Shown here one piece after another: positions 1 to 11,342 of a DNA stretch of 64,000 bases. Under the pieces are notes generated by a model. The model saw nothing but the letters and a program-made list of their open reading frames with translations, did not search any database and was not told the DNA's origin. This stretch comes from Utricularia gibba (Eukaryota; Plantae; Magnoliophyta). Numbering within the stretch: the first letter of the stretch is position 1; each line of letters opens with the position of its first letter. Both the position numbers and the translations under genes were made by a program. Where the stretch lies: contig CM007989.1 of assembly GCA_002189035.1 (NCBI GenBank), positions 3,906,001-3,970,000 on the forward strand, given 5' to 3'.

Positions 1-940
1 TGTAGATGCTTCTGAACCGATATGGACAATGAAACCTGCTGTCGATATCATGAAAAACCAGAGAATCCCCATGGACCCTTTACATTTGTCAGGTTTACCA
101 GCAGGCCTTCAAATTGCAAGTTCCACGTCACTCATACGGTTCCCCACCTCGGGTGTATGCCCAAGAGCTTGTTACCATTTCCATACAGGTGTGTGGCAAC
201 AAAGAATTCAGAGGAGATCATGGATGGGAGCAACCCTCAGAAACAAGTTTATAGCCTAGGAAATCTGGGCATGGTTCCACATATCCAGTTAACAGATAAG
301 CTTTCTGGAAACTGCAACATGTGCCAGATATAGACATTTTCATACCGAATTGAAGTTTCTTTTTTCCAAAAACAAACAAACAGGTGGTCTTGTTTGAGAC
401 AGCAACTTCTGGGTAAGATCAATGCTCAGATTCTAGATAGCATATGGTTTTCGATAACGTTAAAAAAGAGCCTTGTAATTCTGTTTTACCCATAAGAAGC
501 ATGTTGGTTGGTGTACGGGGGCATCTTGTTTTCCATAGAAGAATCATTGAAAAGCATGCCATTCAACTAGTCATATATCTGTAAGGCTGGAAGACAGGGT
601 ATTTATTATATTTTATCTTATATAGTCTTGTCCTTCTGCTTGCCAGGGGAAAAAATAAAAGATGAATTTGAAATTGATAGCCATGGAATGATTTGAACTT
701 GAATTCAAAGGGAGATGTGGTCCAAGCATAGATTGCAGATGGTGAGGAATAAATCAATGAATCTGATCTCGCCTACCCACTTTTGCTTCCCTCATTATTT
801 CTAGCATTTCAACTTATTGTTGAAACACCAGGGCTGGAGCCCATCCTTTCAATGCTGCTGCTCTCTCTTTTATGGCTCCCCTGATTGCACCTTTTCACTC
901 ATGAAATCCTGAACAAGAAACTTTCTTGGACTCTGTGCAG

Positions 941-1113
941 GAAATAACACCAGACCCTCGCAGAATAATGCCCTAAAGGATGGATACCTTGTGTTTGGAT
1001 TCCCTGTTGCTGTTGAGTATTCAGGGCACTTGGCATCCAGTCCACAAAGGTCTCTTTGCTTTTCCCTGATGCCTCATGTTGCTTCTCAAAATTGGATCCT
1101 TGAAAGTGCCTGA
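941..1113 (+). CDS. Possible terminal exon of an unidentified gene entering from the left edge
   Basis: Pyrimidine-rich acceptor ctctgtgcag at 931-940 is followed by a 56-codon open frame (NNTRPSQNNALKDGYLVFGFPVAVEYSGH...WILESA) ending in TGA at 1111-1113. The family was not recognised and upstream exons could not be assembled. Confidence 0.2.
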
Positions 1114-1231
1114 GAGACACCTAGGGTTTCAACAACCAAATCATCAGCATCAATCAAGTAATAATCCATGTCCAATTTACAATTGGATTTATGAATTTGG
1201 GGATTTTTTTTTTCAGAAAATGATAAAATTT

Positions 1232-2134
1232 CTACAGGTTATTACAGGCGTGGGCGTAGATCATCAACGAGAACTCCAGTTTGTCTTCATCCTCGTGGAG
1301 CTTGTCCTCCAACCAGAGCCGGCTATCGAGCCCGGTCCTGGTCCTGAACAAGAACCGGCCGCAACCCGGACCGGAGATGTGGAACCAATCATGAACGTCC
1401 CACAGCAAATCCACGAGCAGCCCATCCAAAAAAATGGTTTGATTCCCTCGGAAGTTCCACTGCAGGCGCTTCACCCGAATCACGGTCTTCTTATCGATGC
1501 TGACGGACAGAACGGGACTCTTCGCCGTGTCGCCGTCGACGCCGCATCGGATCAGGATGTTGTGAGGGCTTCCCGCATCGGAGAATCTTGCCCTGGTTGA
1601 GTACAGGGCGTGCCCTGAGAAATGCTCCTGCCGTGAAATTAAGGAGAATTTCCCCGCGGCGGAGGACGGCTTCGTCTTCTTGTCTCCGAGGAGGAGGATG
1701 GGCGCCGAGTCGACGGTCATCAGGATGAAGAACCCGTCAATGGGTTCGGGGCAGGATCCGTACCGGGCGGTGGTGAGATCCCAAACGAGCTCAACGCTGA
1801 CGCCATGGAAATCCACAGTCTTCGCGCCTTTCGCCTTCCGGAAGAATCTAGAACCGGTGGTGAGCTTCACCGCCGCCGCCGCATCGTCGTTTAGCGCGAT
1901 GCTGAGGCCCTGGAATTGGGAGGAGGAGGAGGAGCTTCTGCACCAGGTCAGGGTCACGAAAATCCTCCTCTGGGAACCGGGCAATACCGTTCTGTAGAGA
2001 CAGGCGACGGAGTTCTGAACCGATGGCGGTAATTCCGGCGCCGGAGAAACGCAGGAACTGGAGGAGTGACTCGAACACGACGCATCGGAAATCTGAACTG
2101 CGTAGTCGCCCAAACAGGACCCAAAATCCCTCAT
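1232..2134 (-). CDS. DUF868 family plant protein, intronless
   Basis: ATG at 2134 (MRDFGSC...), TAG at 1232-1234. Family motifs TLTWC, VWDLTTARYGSCPEP, RQEHFSG, VKRLQWNFRGNQTIFLDGLLVDLLWDVHDW and FSLMIYA are present. Confidence 0.92.
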   Translation of the reverse strand: MRDFGSCLGDYAVQISDASCSSHSSSSCVSPAPELPPSVQNSVACLYRTVLPGSQRRIFVTLTWCRSSSSSSQFQGLSIALNDDAAAAVKLTTGSRFFRKAKGAKTVDFHGVSVELVWDLTTARYGSCPEPIDGFFILMTVDSAPILLLGDKKTKPSSAAGKFSLISRQEHFSGHALYSTRARFSDAGSPHNILIRCGVDGDTAKSPVLSVSIDKKTVIRVKRLQWNFRGNQTIFLDGLLVDLLWDVHDWFHISGPGCGRFLFRTRTGLDSRLWLEDKLHEDEDKLEFSLMIYAHACNNL

Positions 2135-3054
2135 TCTCCCAGAGAATCGAAGCAGCAAGAAAGATGTTCCGACACAGAGTTGGAAGGCCTGTCCGGGTTC
2201 TCGAATGACAGTTCATGTGGGACTGACTCCAAGCGGAGAAGAGAAATATTTATTATTGAAAGTAAGATAAATTCAAGGAAAATTAAAAAAAATAAAATAA
2301 AGTAAATGTCCATTATGATGCATGTGTGCGTCCCCCGTTAACCAATACACGCCTCCCCAAGTGAACAACGACACTATTAGATGCCACGACAATGATATAT
2401 GGAATTAACCCAATCTATTTATAACAATAATGATTTTAGGATGCCTTTTATAGCATATGAAGTATTAATTTTAATGAAAATAAATATTTAATATATACAA
2501 TAAAAAATTTTATTATTTAATATTTTAGTGACTTAGATCATTGATAATTGATATAATATCACTTATATTTGTGTTTTGTATAGCTCTATTAGATCCATAT
2601 TACATTGTTGTTAATATACATTTGAACTAATCTATGTGATAAGTTTTGAGCTGTAAGAATTAGGATTGATTGTAAATAAAATATAAATTATCACAGAAGT
2701 TAAAATAGTTTTGATGGTGTAATTAATTCTATAATTTCAATAATGAAGTATGATGCTATAACAATTATCTATTAGTATTATTTTAGAATAATATCTTCAA
2801 AACTTATATGAAAAGTTATTTACACATACACATATAAAATCATTTTTTCTATATTGATTTAAAATTATTTTTTATTTGTTTTTTTGTTTGTATTGAATCA
2901 TCTTTTTTTAAGAAAATCTAAATATTCAATTCTATATAAATATGATCTTATTTATTAATTGGACGGTTGTTGTGTATTTGAAGAATTACCATTAAATTTT
3001 TGAAATCAAATTAATAATAAACAGTTCAAACCATTCAAATGTTCCTTATTAAAA

Positions 3055-3058
<4 letters not shown>

Positions 3059-3084
<26 letters not shown>
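3059..3084. repeat. (TA)n microsatellite, about 13 units
   Basis: Directly visible TA run. Confidence 0.95.
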
Positions 3085-3090
<6 letters not shown>

Positions 3091-5819
3091 TTATATTTAT
3101 ATTTATTGAGTTACTAATAGATATGTGTATAAAAAATCAATATGGTTATTTGTAAAAATTAATGTTAGTGAAGAGTTAACATATTAAATATTTTAAAAAA
3201 TTATATAGAGAATCTAATACTCAAAATTTATATTTAAAATTATATATATATTTAATTATTCTATCATTCCAAAAATTAAAATTTTTTAAAAAACTATTGA
3301 TAAAAAAAAAAAAAAGATGGTCAAATTTTTCACTTCTTTGATTTTAGTCATCCACACAGGAAAACATTGAGGTATGGGATTTTAGTTTCCTATTTCAAAA
3401 TTTATAATGCAGTTTTTCTTTAGATGATTTAAAATTATATGATTTAGAATACTACATAGCTTATAAATTAGAATTAAAATGTGTTTAATATCAGTATATA
3501 AAAATGGTAAATGAATTATTTTGAATCATGAACAGATTAAGATAATGGATAAATTTAATTACAATTTGAACCATTCTAACCATAAATTGAATGATTCATA
3601 GTTTTTGTTTTGATTTAAACAGATTTAGTTATGTTAGGTTTAATTAATAATAAATGATGCAAAAAAGTTTGATGTTGTGGGGATTGAAATTAATGGGTGG
3701 GAGGGAGGAATAAGAGGGAGTTGAGGAATGGGCAAATCCATGTTCCTTCAATTAATGTTCAAATCCTAATGACACGACGCCGTTTCACACCCACCACATT
3801 TGTGTTTTCAAACAAATTGTGCCTATGCCTTCCTATCCCTTCAACACAAACCCAATTCAATTCATTTTTAGAACACAAAAATCAGATGATTAAGAAATTT
3901 GTCGTCTTATTAAATGTGTATTAAAAAACAACTACCTTCATTATAATTTTATCTTTTAATATATGAAAAATAAATGATAATGATCACTTTTATAAATGAT
4001 TCATGAAAATTAAACATCAAAAAAATTGAGAATGCAATCAAGTAGATTATTATCTTACCTTTAATATGTTGTTTTGTAATCTTGTAGATGAAAACTTATA
4101 TGGGGTATGTTTATTATTTGGTTTAAAATTCTAACTATAAGGTCTAAAATAAAATACGATTTATGTATTTAAATTTAAAATACTTTTGATAGATAAATTG
4201 AAGTATATTACATAAATACATATATTAAATTTATTATAAAACACAAATATTACTTTATTTTCAATAAAAAGTATACAATATTTAAATTATTTAAAATTGA
4301 CTTTTATAAATTAAAATAATCGAATTCATTTAAATTTTCTTATCGAACATTAATATTTAATAACTTAACTCATAAAACCAATTCAAAACTATCTAGAAAA
4401 AAGGAAATTTAGATAAATGGCATTCTTAAAATTATATTCCACTTTATCTAATTTTTTTATATTCCACATTATACGTTTTCCATTTTGTATCATCAATTTT
4501 TTTATAAAAATCCAAATTTTTATATATAAATCTCACTACTAACTTTTATCTTATTTTCCAAATTTTAAATCCGAAAATAAAAATGAAAAAAGTACCAATT
4601 ATTTTTGCAGATGTCATTCGCACAAAACGTGCACACATCCGCACGTGTGTGTGTGTGGGAGTAGGTATTTTGTGAATTGCATGAGTTGGTTTGTCGTGAT
4701 TAGGATCGGACATGTGATAAAGTTGTTTAAAATAACTTTTAAAAACTACACAACGCCACCTCACACAATAAATTATTCATTTTTCACATCTACATAATAA
4801 ATTATTAATGTTTCACCCTCATATAATAAATTATTTATTTTTTTGAACCATAAATTATTGATGGTTTAAATATCAATGAAAATAAAAATATAATTCATTT
4901 TTACTATTAATTAAATAAACTTATATATCAAACATAATATTAGTATAAATGTATAAATGCAAAATATATATTAAAATAATTTTTAATTTTAATCATGTAA
5001 TGTATATTTATATAAATATAATTAAATCAAATATATTATTAATTAAATTATATATCAGTTTTTTTCTAAAAATTATTTAATTGAAGTTATGGAAGAATAA
5101 ATTGAGATTTAATTTAATGAGCATCACTGCACCTCGTAGTGCTGGGCTATGAAATCCATGGAATCTGAATAATTACGTTGAGGTCCCATTGGAATCCGAA
5201 AGTCAATTTCCAGGCTATAAAATATTGCATTATTGCCCCTAACATTAACGCTAATCAATGTCTAGTACAATCCAACTTCCTTCTTCGTCATGTTGTGGCT
5301 CACCACACCTTCACTTCATTGCCAATGTCCAAAACACTTCAGTCGTGACATAATTACAATTTCATTCATTTCTCAAAAAATTAGAAAAAAAAATCCGATG
5401 TGATTGATTAATGTGCGAGTATATGCCTGTTTTGTGTTAATAATTTTCTCAAGTGATTCCATTTAATTTTTTAAAATTTTGACATTTAATCGTTATATAA
5501 TAAAATCAAGAATTCAAATTTTGTAATTAACTTCGTATTATTGAATTTCTCAAATCTCTAATTTATATAACACTCAGTTTTTATGTACTCGAAAAATGTG
5601 TTATATCTTAATATTAAATTGTAATATAATTTTATATCATATTACAAAAAAAAATATTATTTCAAAATTGATCTTATTCATATAATATAAAAAATGAGTC
5701 TATTTTGCTTAGTTTGACTCGCATCTTCAAATTATAAAACACGTCATACGTGTTAGTGTGTGTAGTTTATGTAATATTGTGTTATTGGGTACGAGGTGGA
5801 GAATTGGGGCAACTTGTGG

Positions 5820-6160
5820 TAATAATGAATGAGGGGTTGATTTGGGAAGATGGGGGCCTGGACCACTAGCCAGAGGCACGAGCCATCTAGTTGGTGGGAG
5901 ATCGGGGCTGTCGAGACACCGGAGCGGCCGTGGCCCACGGCGGAAGGGAAGCTTTCTCCGCCGGCAGCGAGTGCCCCCCGCAACATGCCAATTTGAAGAA
6001 ATGGACGTCCAACTGTCGCAACAACTGCACCCATCTTCCCACGAGCATTTTTCCATGGATGGTTTGTTGCCCTAATCCCACCTGCTACCCACAACTTATA
6101 CAATTCCTTGGGACAGGAGTCAAACTCATACATGATAAAGAATATATGCCTGCTGCCATA
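5820..6160 (+). pseudogene. GC-rich coding-like relic homologous to 8820-9100 (probable remnant of a tandem paralog's last exon)
   Basis: Collinear blocks shared with 8820-9070: TAATGAATGA, TGGACCA...CTAGT(T/G)GGT, GGCCCAC, ATGGA(C/T)GT(C/G)CAACTG. No intact ORF with a start and splice context. Confidence 0.4.
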
Positions 6161-7223
6161 TAGGGGTTGCTCCTCATGTTTGATGAGTTTTATTAGGATT
6201 AAGGTTCGATGAGAATGAGATAATATGTGACATAGGATAAGAAGAATGGATTGTGTATTGTCGTTAAGAATACACGATACGATATGCTATTAGAAAACAA
6301 GAAAAAATTATATCAAACTAAATATAAAAGAAAAAATGAAAAGAGTTGATAAATGTGTTAGTGTCTTTTTTAAAAAACTTTTTTCATTTTCTTAATGGAT
6401 TTATTTTTTTTAAACGTGTAAAGCAATTTCAATTTTTCATATTTGTGTGAATTAGTACCTTAGCTTGCCATTTTTCTTACTTTATTCAACCATTAACTAA
6501 AATTCAATGTTATACAAATCAATTTAAACTCAAAAATCTTGTACCACCATTGCCCCTCCTTGGTGCTTCACATTGAAGAATTACTGTAGATTAATTTGAT
6601 TTTATGAGAAAAGCTATAAATTATACCCTAAGTTTTAGTAAATAAAATATTATTTTTAAAAAATCCTATAGAGGCATGTTTATTTAAAGCTACCATTTTC
6701 TCATTCTTTATTTAATTCCACACTTTTACATATTAATTAAACATCATAAAAACTAATTTCTTTACATCGCATTAAATCCAAGTTAATTATATCATTTAGA
6801 TTCTAATTTCATAGACAAACACTAATTTAGAAAAAAATGAGTGACCCGCTATTCGGACTGTTCTGTTATTACAATTTTTTGAACTAATTATATTTAATTT
6901 TTATAAATTATAGTCTCTATTCGTTCTTTAATAAATTAAGAATTTTGATTTTGAAATTAAATTTAAACTTTATTGAATTCATTAGATATTTTTTGGTAAT
7001 TAAATGAAATATTAATTGGGAAAATTTTATTGTTCACCGTACACATGTTTCGAAAATACATTAGATTATTATTATATTAAATTTTATAATAATGTAATAT
7101 GTTTAATTTTATAATATATACTTTAATATATTAAATTGTATAATCTAATTTTATAAAACAGTTTTATAATTTAAAATTCGATTTATTTTGTATTATTTGA
7201 AACATGAATTTGAAATACAGAAT

Positions 7224-7327
7224 AGGCCCATCGTAAGAATTGAGGCCCAAAACTTGTCTATGGGTTTCTCTTGTAATCGGACGGCCTAAAGTCTCATAAG
7301 CCAGATGTACAGTTCCATTTAGGCCCA
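7224..7327 (+). promoter_or_regulatory. Site II (AGGCCCA) cluster upstream of the 7.3-9.2 kb locus
   Basis: AGGCCCA at 7224, 7243 and 7321, followed by a pyrimidine-rich UTR-like segment and a GT donor near 7406. Confidence 0.6.
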
Positions 7328-7694
7328 AAAGGTTTGGGGATTCTTGGTTTGTAGCTTCCCGGAGTTCCACTTCCGATGCTTCCGAAGATCTCTTTCCCGT
7401 GATCGGTACGAATGCGCAGTTGGATATAAAAAATGCGTTCGATTCTTCAGCTGCTGTATTCTCATTGCTCTCTGTTCCTGGTTATGATTTGGAAATGGGT
7501 ACATTTCTAAAATACCCTGTTCCTGGTTCTGGTGATAAGAAATGGGTATGATGGTCTACCTGTTTTGTCGCAGAAACAAACAAGGGTTGCTGTGATTTGG
7601 AAAGGGGGATTTTATCATCAAGCAATCAATTCTTATACAGGGGTTTCGGAGCCCTAGGACCCACCAGCTGTCCGATTGGCTTCCCGGATTCTCT

Positions 7695-9230
7695 TTCCCA
7701 CATGGGGTATTTGTGGTGCCTTGACATCTCGGGGACCCTCTGTTCATTGACCTTGGTCTAGCCTTCCTTGGATTACTCCATACGGCGCATTCAACACCCT
7801 CATGGACACCACATACCCAAAGCGCCGACCTAGCGATAAGCCCTCTTCGTAAGGGGGTCACAGTATGAAACCCCAAGGTTATCTTCAATTATCTGGGTAA
7901 TGTCACATGGATAATTATTGTCTCGTTGTCATGGAACTGAAATTGCAATGCGTTCTGTTTCTAGCACTATCTGGTTAACATGTCCATAAAAACATTGGGT
8001 TCATATGCCTGAGTGAGATGTGTGCCTAGGGAGGATGCACTTCTTAATCAACCGAATGAGGGAAGCTTGAAAAGAAGGAACGAGAAGAAGAGGATCAACC
8101 AGCATTGTGCATTTATTATTGTATGCTGCTCTCTCTTTTACCTTGTGTTGACCATGAAGAATCTCTACAGAATCCTGACGGTTCCTCTTCTACCTTCCGA
8201 GAACTGAAAATGAATTTTGATAGCTTAACCGTTGTGTTTGTAAGCAAAAGTCTCGCGCTTTTGATGTTGAGCCTTGCATTCACTTTGTCTTTGAACTATC
8301 GCTTCATCATGGATGTTTATCATTTAAATGATTTAGTGCAAATTTTTGTAGTCTGAGAAAAGAAAGCGGAAGGCGCAAGTGCAAGAAGCCAATTGGAAAA
8401 AACATCATGAAACGGGTGGAGAGAAAGATGGATGCCTTTGGGAGGGAAAAAAAATCCTGGGCATAAAGTCTGGTCGAATGAGCTGAAAGAGCAGTAACCA
8501 TCCATGGCTTGAATTGTTTAGTAGAGAGACTAGTCACTGCTCCTCTTGACTCCCAAGTTACCTCTGAGGTCAGTTTTGAACTTTTGTCCATTTGTTTTAT
8601 GTTTGCCTCATTTCCACAGGAGAATCATGAAAAGTACATATTTTTACTTGACGAGACAGCATAACTAAAAATTATTCAGGGAAAATCAATAAATGTCAGA
8701 CTCTTGCATCACTAATCTCTGTAACCGGGGATTTCTTTGTTTGTTGCATCGGATTCTGTTTGTTTCTTAGTACATACAGAACGATATGCACCAACACGGA
8801 ATCTGCGATGGCATCATAGCTAATGAATGATTCCCTTGCTGCAGAACCAGGAGAAGTTCTCATCATGAATGGCCGGCCAATCTTGTACCGGGAATGGACC
8901 ATCCGCCCAGATGAGCTTGCTAGTGGGTACAATGGCCCACCGCCCATCCATCCATCCATCAGCCGGGATGGGATGCAATCGGGTGGAAGTGTAAGAAGCA
9001 TCCCAACCACTCCTTGGCGATATCAAGATATGGATGTGCAACTGCCGCATCCACCACATGCCCTGCATCTCATTCATCTGAAGCTTCATTGAATAGGCAC
9101 TTCCAGGCCTCCCCAGATTGCCCCTCCTCTTTCTTCATCATATCCCCGCACCCATCCGGGAGCAACGAGCCAGTGACTGCAGAAACCATCCAGGATCTGC
9201 AACAAGGTATTGGGCCAGATTCAACATAGT
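7695..9230 (+). pseudogene. Highly degenerate type-B response regulator-like gene (receiver plus GARP Myb-like domain)
   Basis: Motif remnants occur in the expected order: FPHGVFVV..GDP (7695; cf. FPxGLRVLVVDDDP), FNTLMDTTYP (cf. FDLVxSDVxMP), PKVIF (cf. LPVIM), DALLNQP..LK..INQH (8034-8105; cf. DYLLKP..LKNIWQH), KRKRK, KVWSNEL (8465-8485; cf. RVVWSVEL), AVTIHGLN (cf. AVNQLGLD). In-frame TGA at 7722-7724 and several frame changes. Confidence 0.45.
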
Positions 9231-9522
9231 GGGCTTAGCTTAATAACCATTCATGGACTTCATTCGCAGTCTTGTTAATGGAATAAGAACGATTATTTAT
9301 TTATTTTTTAAAATATTACAATAGTTTCGAACCGTCTATTCCAAAAATAATGAACCGGTTTGAAATCCTACGGAACCGAAGTGGTACTAAAAGTTAGAAT
9401 CTTAAATCGAAACTTCGAATCGTGGTTTTGTTTAGAAGGAAACACAACTCTAATTATCAGATCAATTCCAATCTACTTATATAAAAATTATTAATTTTTA
9501 TTTTATCAAATATTTTACAATT

Positions 9523-9524
<2 letters not shown>

Positions 9525-9553
<29 letters not shown>
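9525..9553. repeat. (AT)n microsatellite, about 14 units
   Basis: Directly visible AT run. Confidence 0.95.
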
Positions 9554-9558
<5 letters not shown>

Positions 9559-11342
9559 TAATATAAATAATAATTAAAAAATCATCGAGAATCGCAGCAT
9601 CGGTTTTGGGTAAGGGGCGGTCACTGTCGTGGGTGGGCCCTGCCATATTTTCCGGGCCAGCTGGCGCGACCAAATTGCCCCAATCATTCTGCTTGTCTCG
9701 TTCCAGCTGCCTCTGCCATCCATGTGGCCCTGGCCCTGGCCCTTCTACTTCTGGATTTTAATTTTCAAATATTCCATCTTAGAAAAAAGGAAATAAATAA
9801 TAAAAATGGAAAATAAAGAATATAATGTATTAAAGCAATAGTTTAAATTAAAAAAATCTTTTTTGTGTAAAGAATCACATGTTTAATCTTGAAAATTAAA
9901 ATACTCTATATTCAATATTGAAGAGTATATTTATTAATTTATTCATAAAAATGTACGAAACAAAAAAAAGGGTTTCAATAGATGATGCAATAATGATTCA
10001 CATTTTATGAGCTAATTGGAACAACTTTTTTTCTTTTAAAAAATATTTCAGAAGCATTTTTGTGATAGGGACTACTTATGCTAAAAATCCCTTCTTTTTT
10101 ATATAAAAAACTAACAAACTTTTCATATGTTAGAAGAAAATTTCAAATATGTTTTCTCAAATTACCTTTATAAATTAATATAACAAATTTTGAAATACAC
10201 TACATTTCACAAAATTATTCCTGTTTATTTTTTAGAATGAAAAATAAGAAATTGAAGTTGTACAGAATATAAAATAAGTTGTTTTTGAAACACCTTATTT
10301 TATAAAAACATTTCAAGAATAATTTTTTAGCAAATACGAATTCTTTTATTCCAAATAATTTAAACACTTTTTATTTTTAAAGAGTTGAAACATCCCAATT
10401 TCTACAAAATTAGTTCTTGAAAATTGATTTTCAACAAGTTATACTAAACATAATCTTAATATTTGAAGAGCAGTTTTTAGTTCATATTTTACAAAAGTGA
10501 TTTGTATTTAGTAAAATAATTAACCCAGAAATGACTTTTTATATTCAATTCTAATTTACCAATGATAAGTTTTGCCACATGTTGTGTTAATGTTAAAGTA
10601 ATGCCTTCTTTTTTTCTATTATATTCTATTTATGATTTTTTTCTATATGAGTTATGCAAATTTTTATTTTATTATATTAAATATTCAAAAAATTTGTATT
10701 AGAATATAATTTCTACTTTTAAAATATATAATATCATTTTTATTCTAGATCATTTTTTTAAAAAAATTAATTTTTATCTAATTAATCAAATAATTCAGTT
10801 TGGAATTTTTAAAATTTTTTTCCAAAGTGTTGCCGATTTTTTGTACTTTTTAATTAAATGGAAAAATTAAATTGTAATTTCTCATTTTTGTACAAAATAT
10901 TGTTTTCATTCTATATTTATTTTATGAAATTACAGAATAATTTTTCTTATTCTATTTTTCATTTCATTTTTCGTACACTTATTTCTAGAAATTGTACGGA
11001 ATAAATAGGTAAAATTTGAATAAATAGGAATTGAAGATGGAGGTGATTTGCATTTATTGGGAAATTATGTTAATTAATTTCTTATGTGTGTATTTTTATG
11101 CCTCCAACGGCGACAGAAATCTTAAACGCGGTCCCCAGCCGCTCAAACACTCGGGTTTCCTCTTTCGCTTCTCCAGCTTTCTCTCTCACGCATTGCTTCA
11201 CTCTCTTCTACGGGATCTCTCCCTCCTTCCGCTGCTCTCTATTCTTCACTCAGATCTGCTCCTTCAGTTCTTCTTCTGGCATTTTTGTGCTCTGGGTTCA
11301 GTTCTTGCTGTTATGTGTACTCGCTAGCGGAAGTTCTAACTG

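Noticed and set aside
1-333. ORFs 22-333 and 29-259 at the left edge
   Set aside because: No recognisable motif and no consistent splice path to the putative exon at 941. The identity cannot be supported.
1076-1997. Plus-strand ORFs of 174 and 105 aa
   Set aside because: Antisense shadows of the GC-rich DUF868 CDS.
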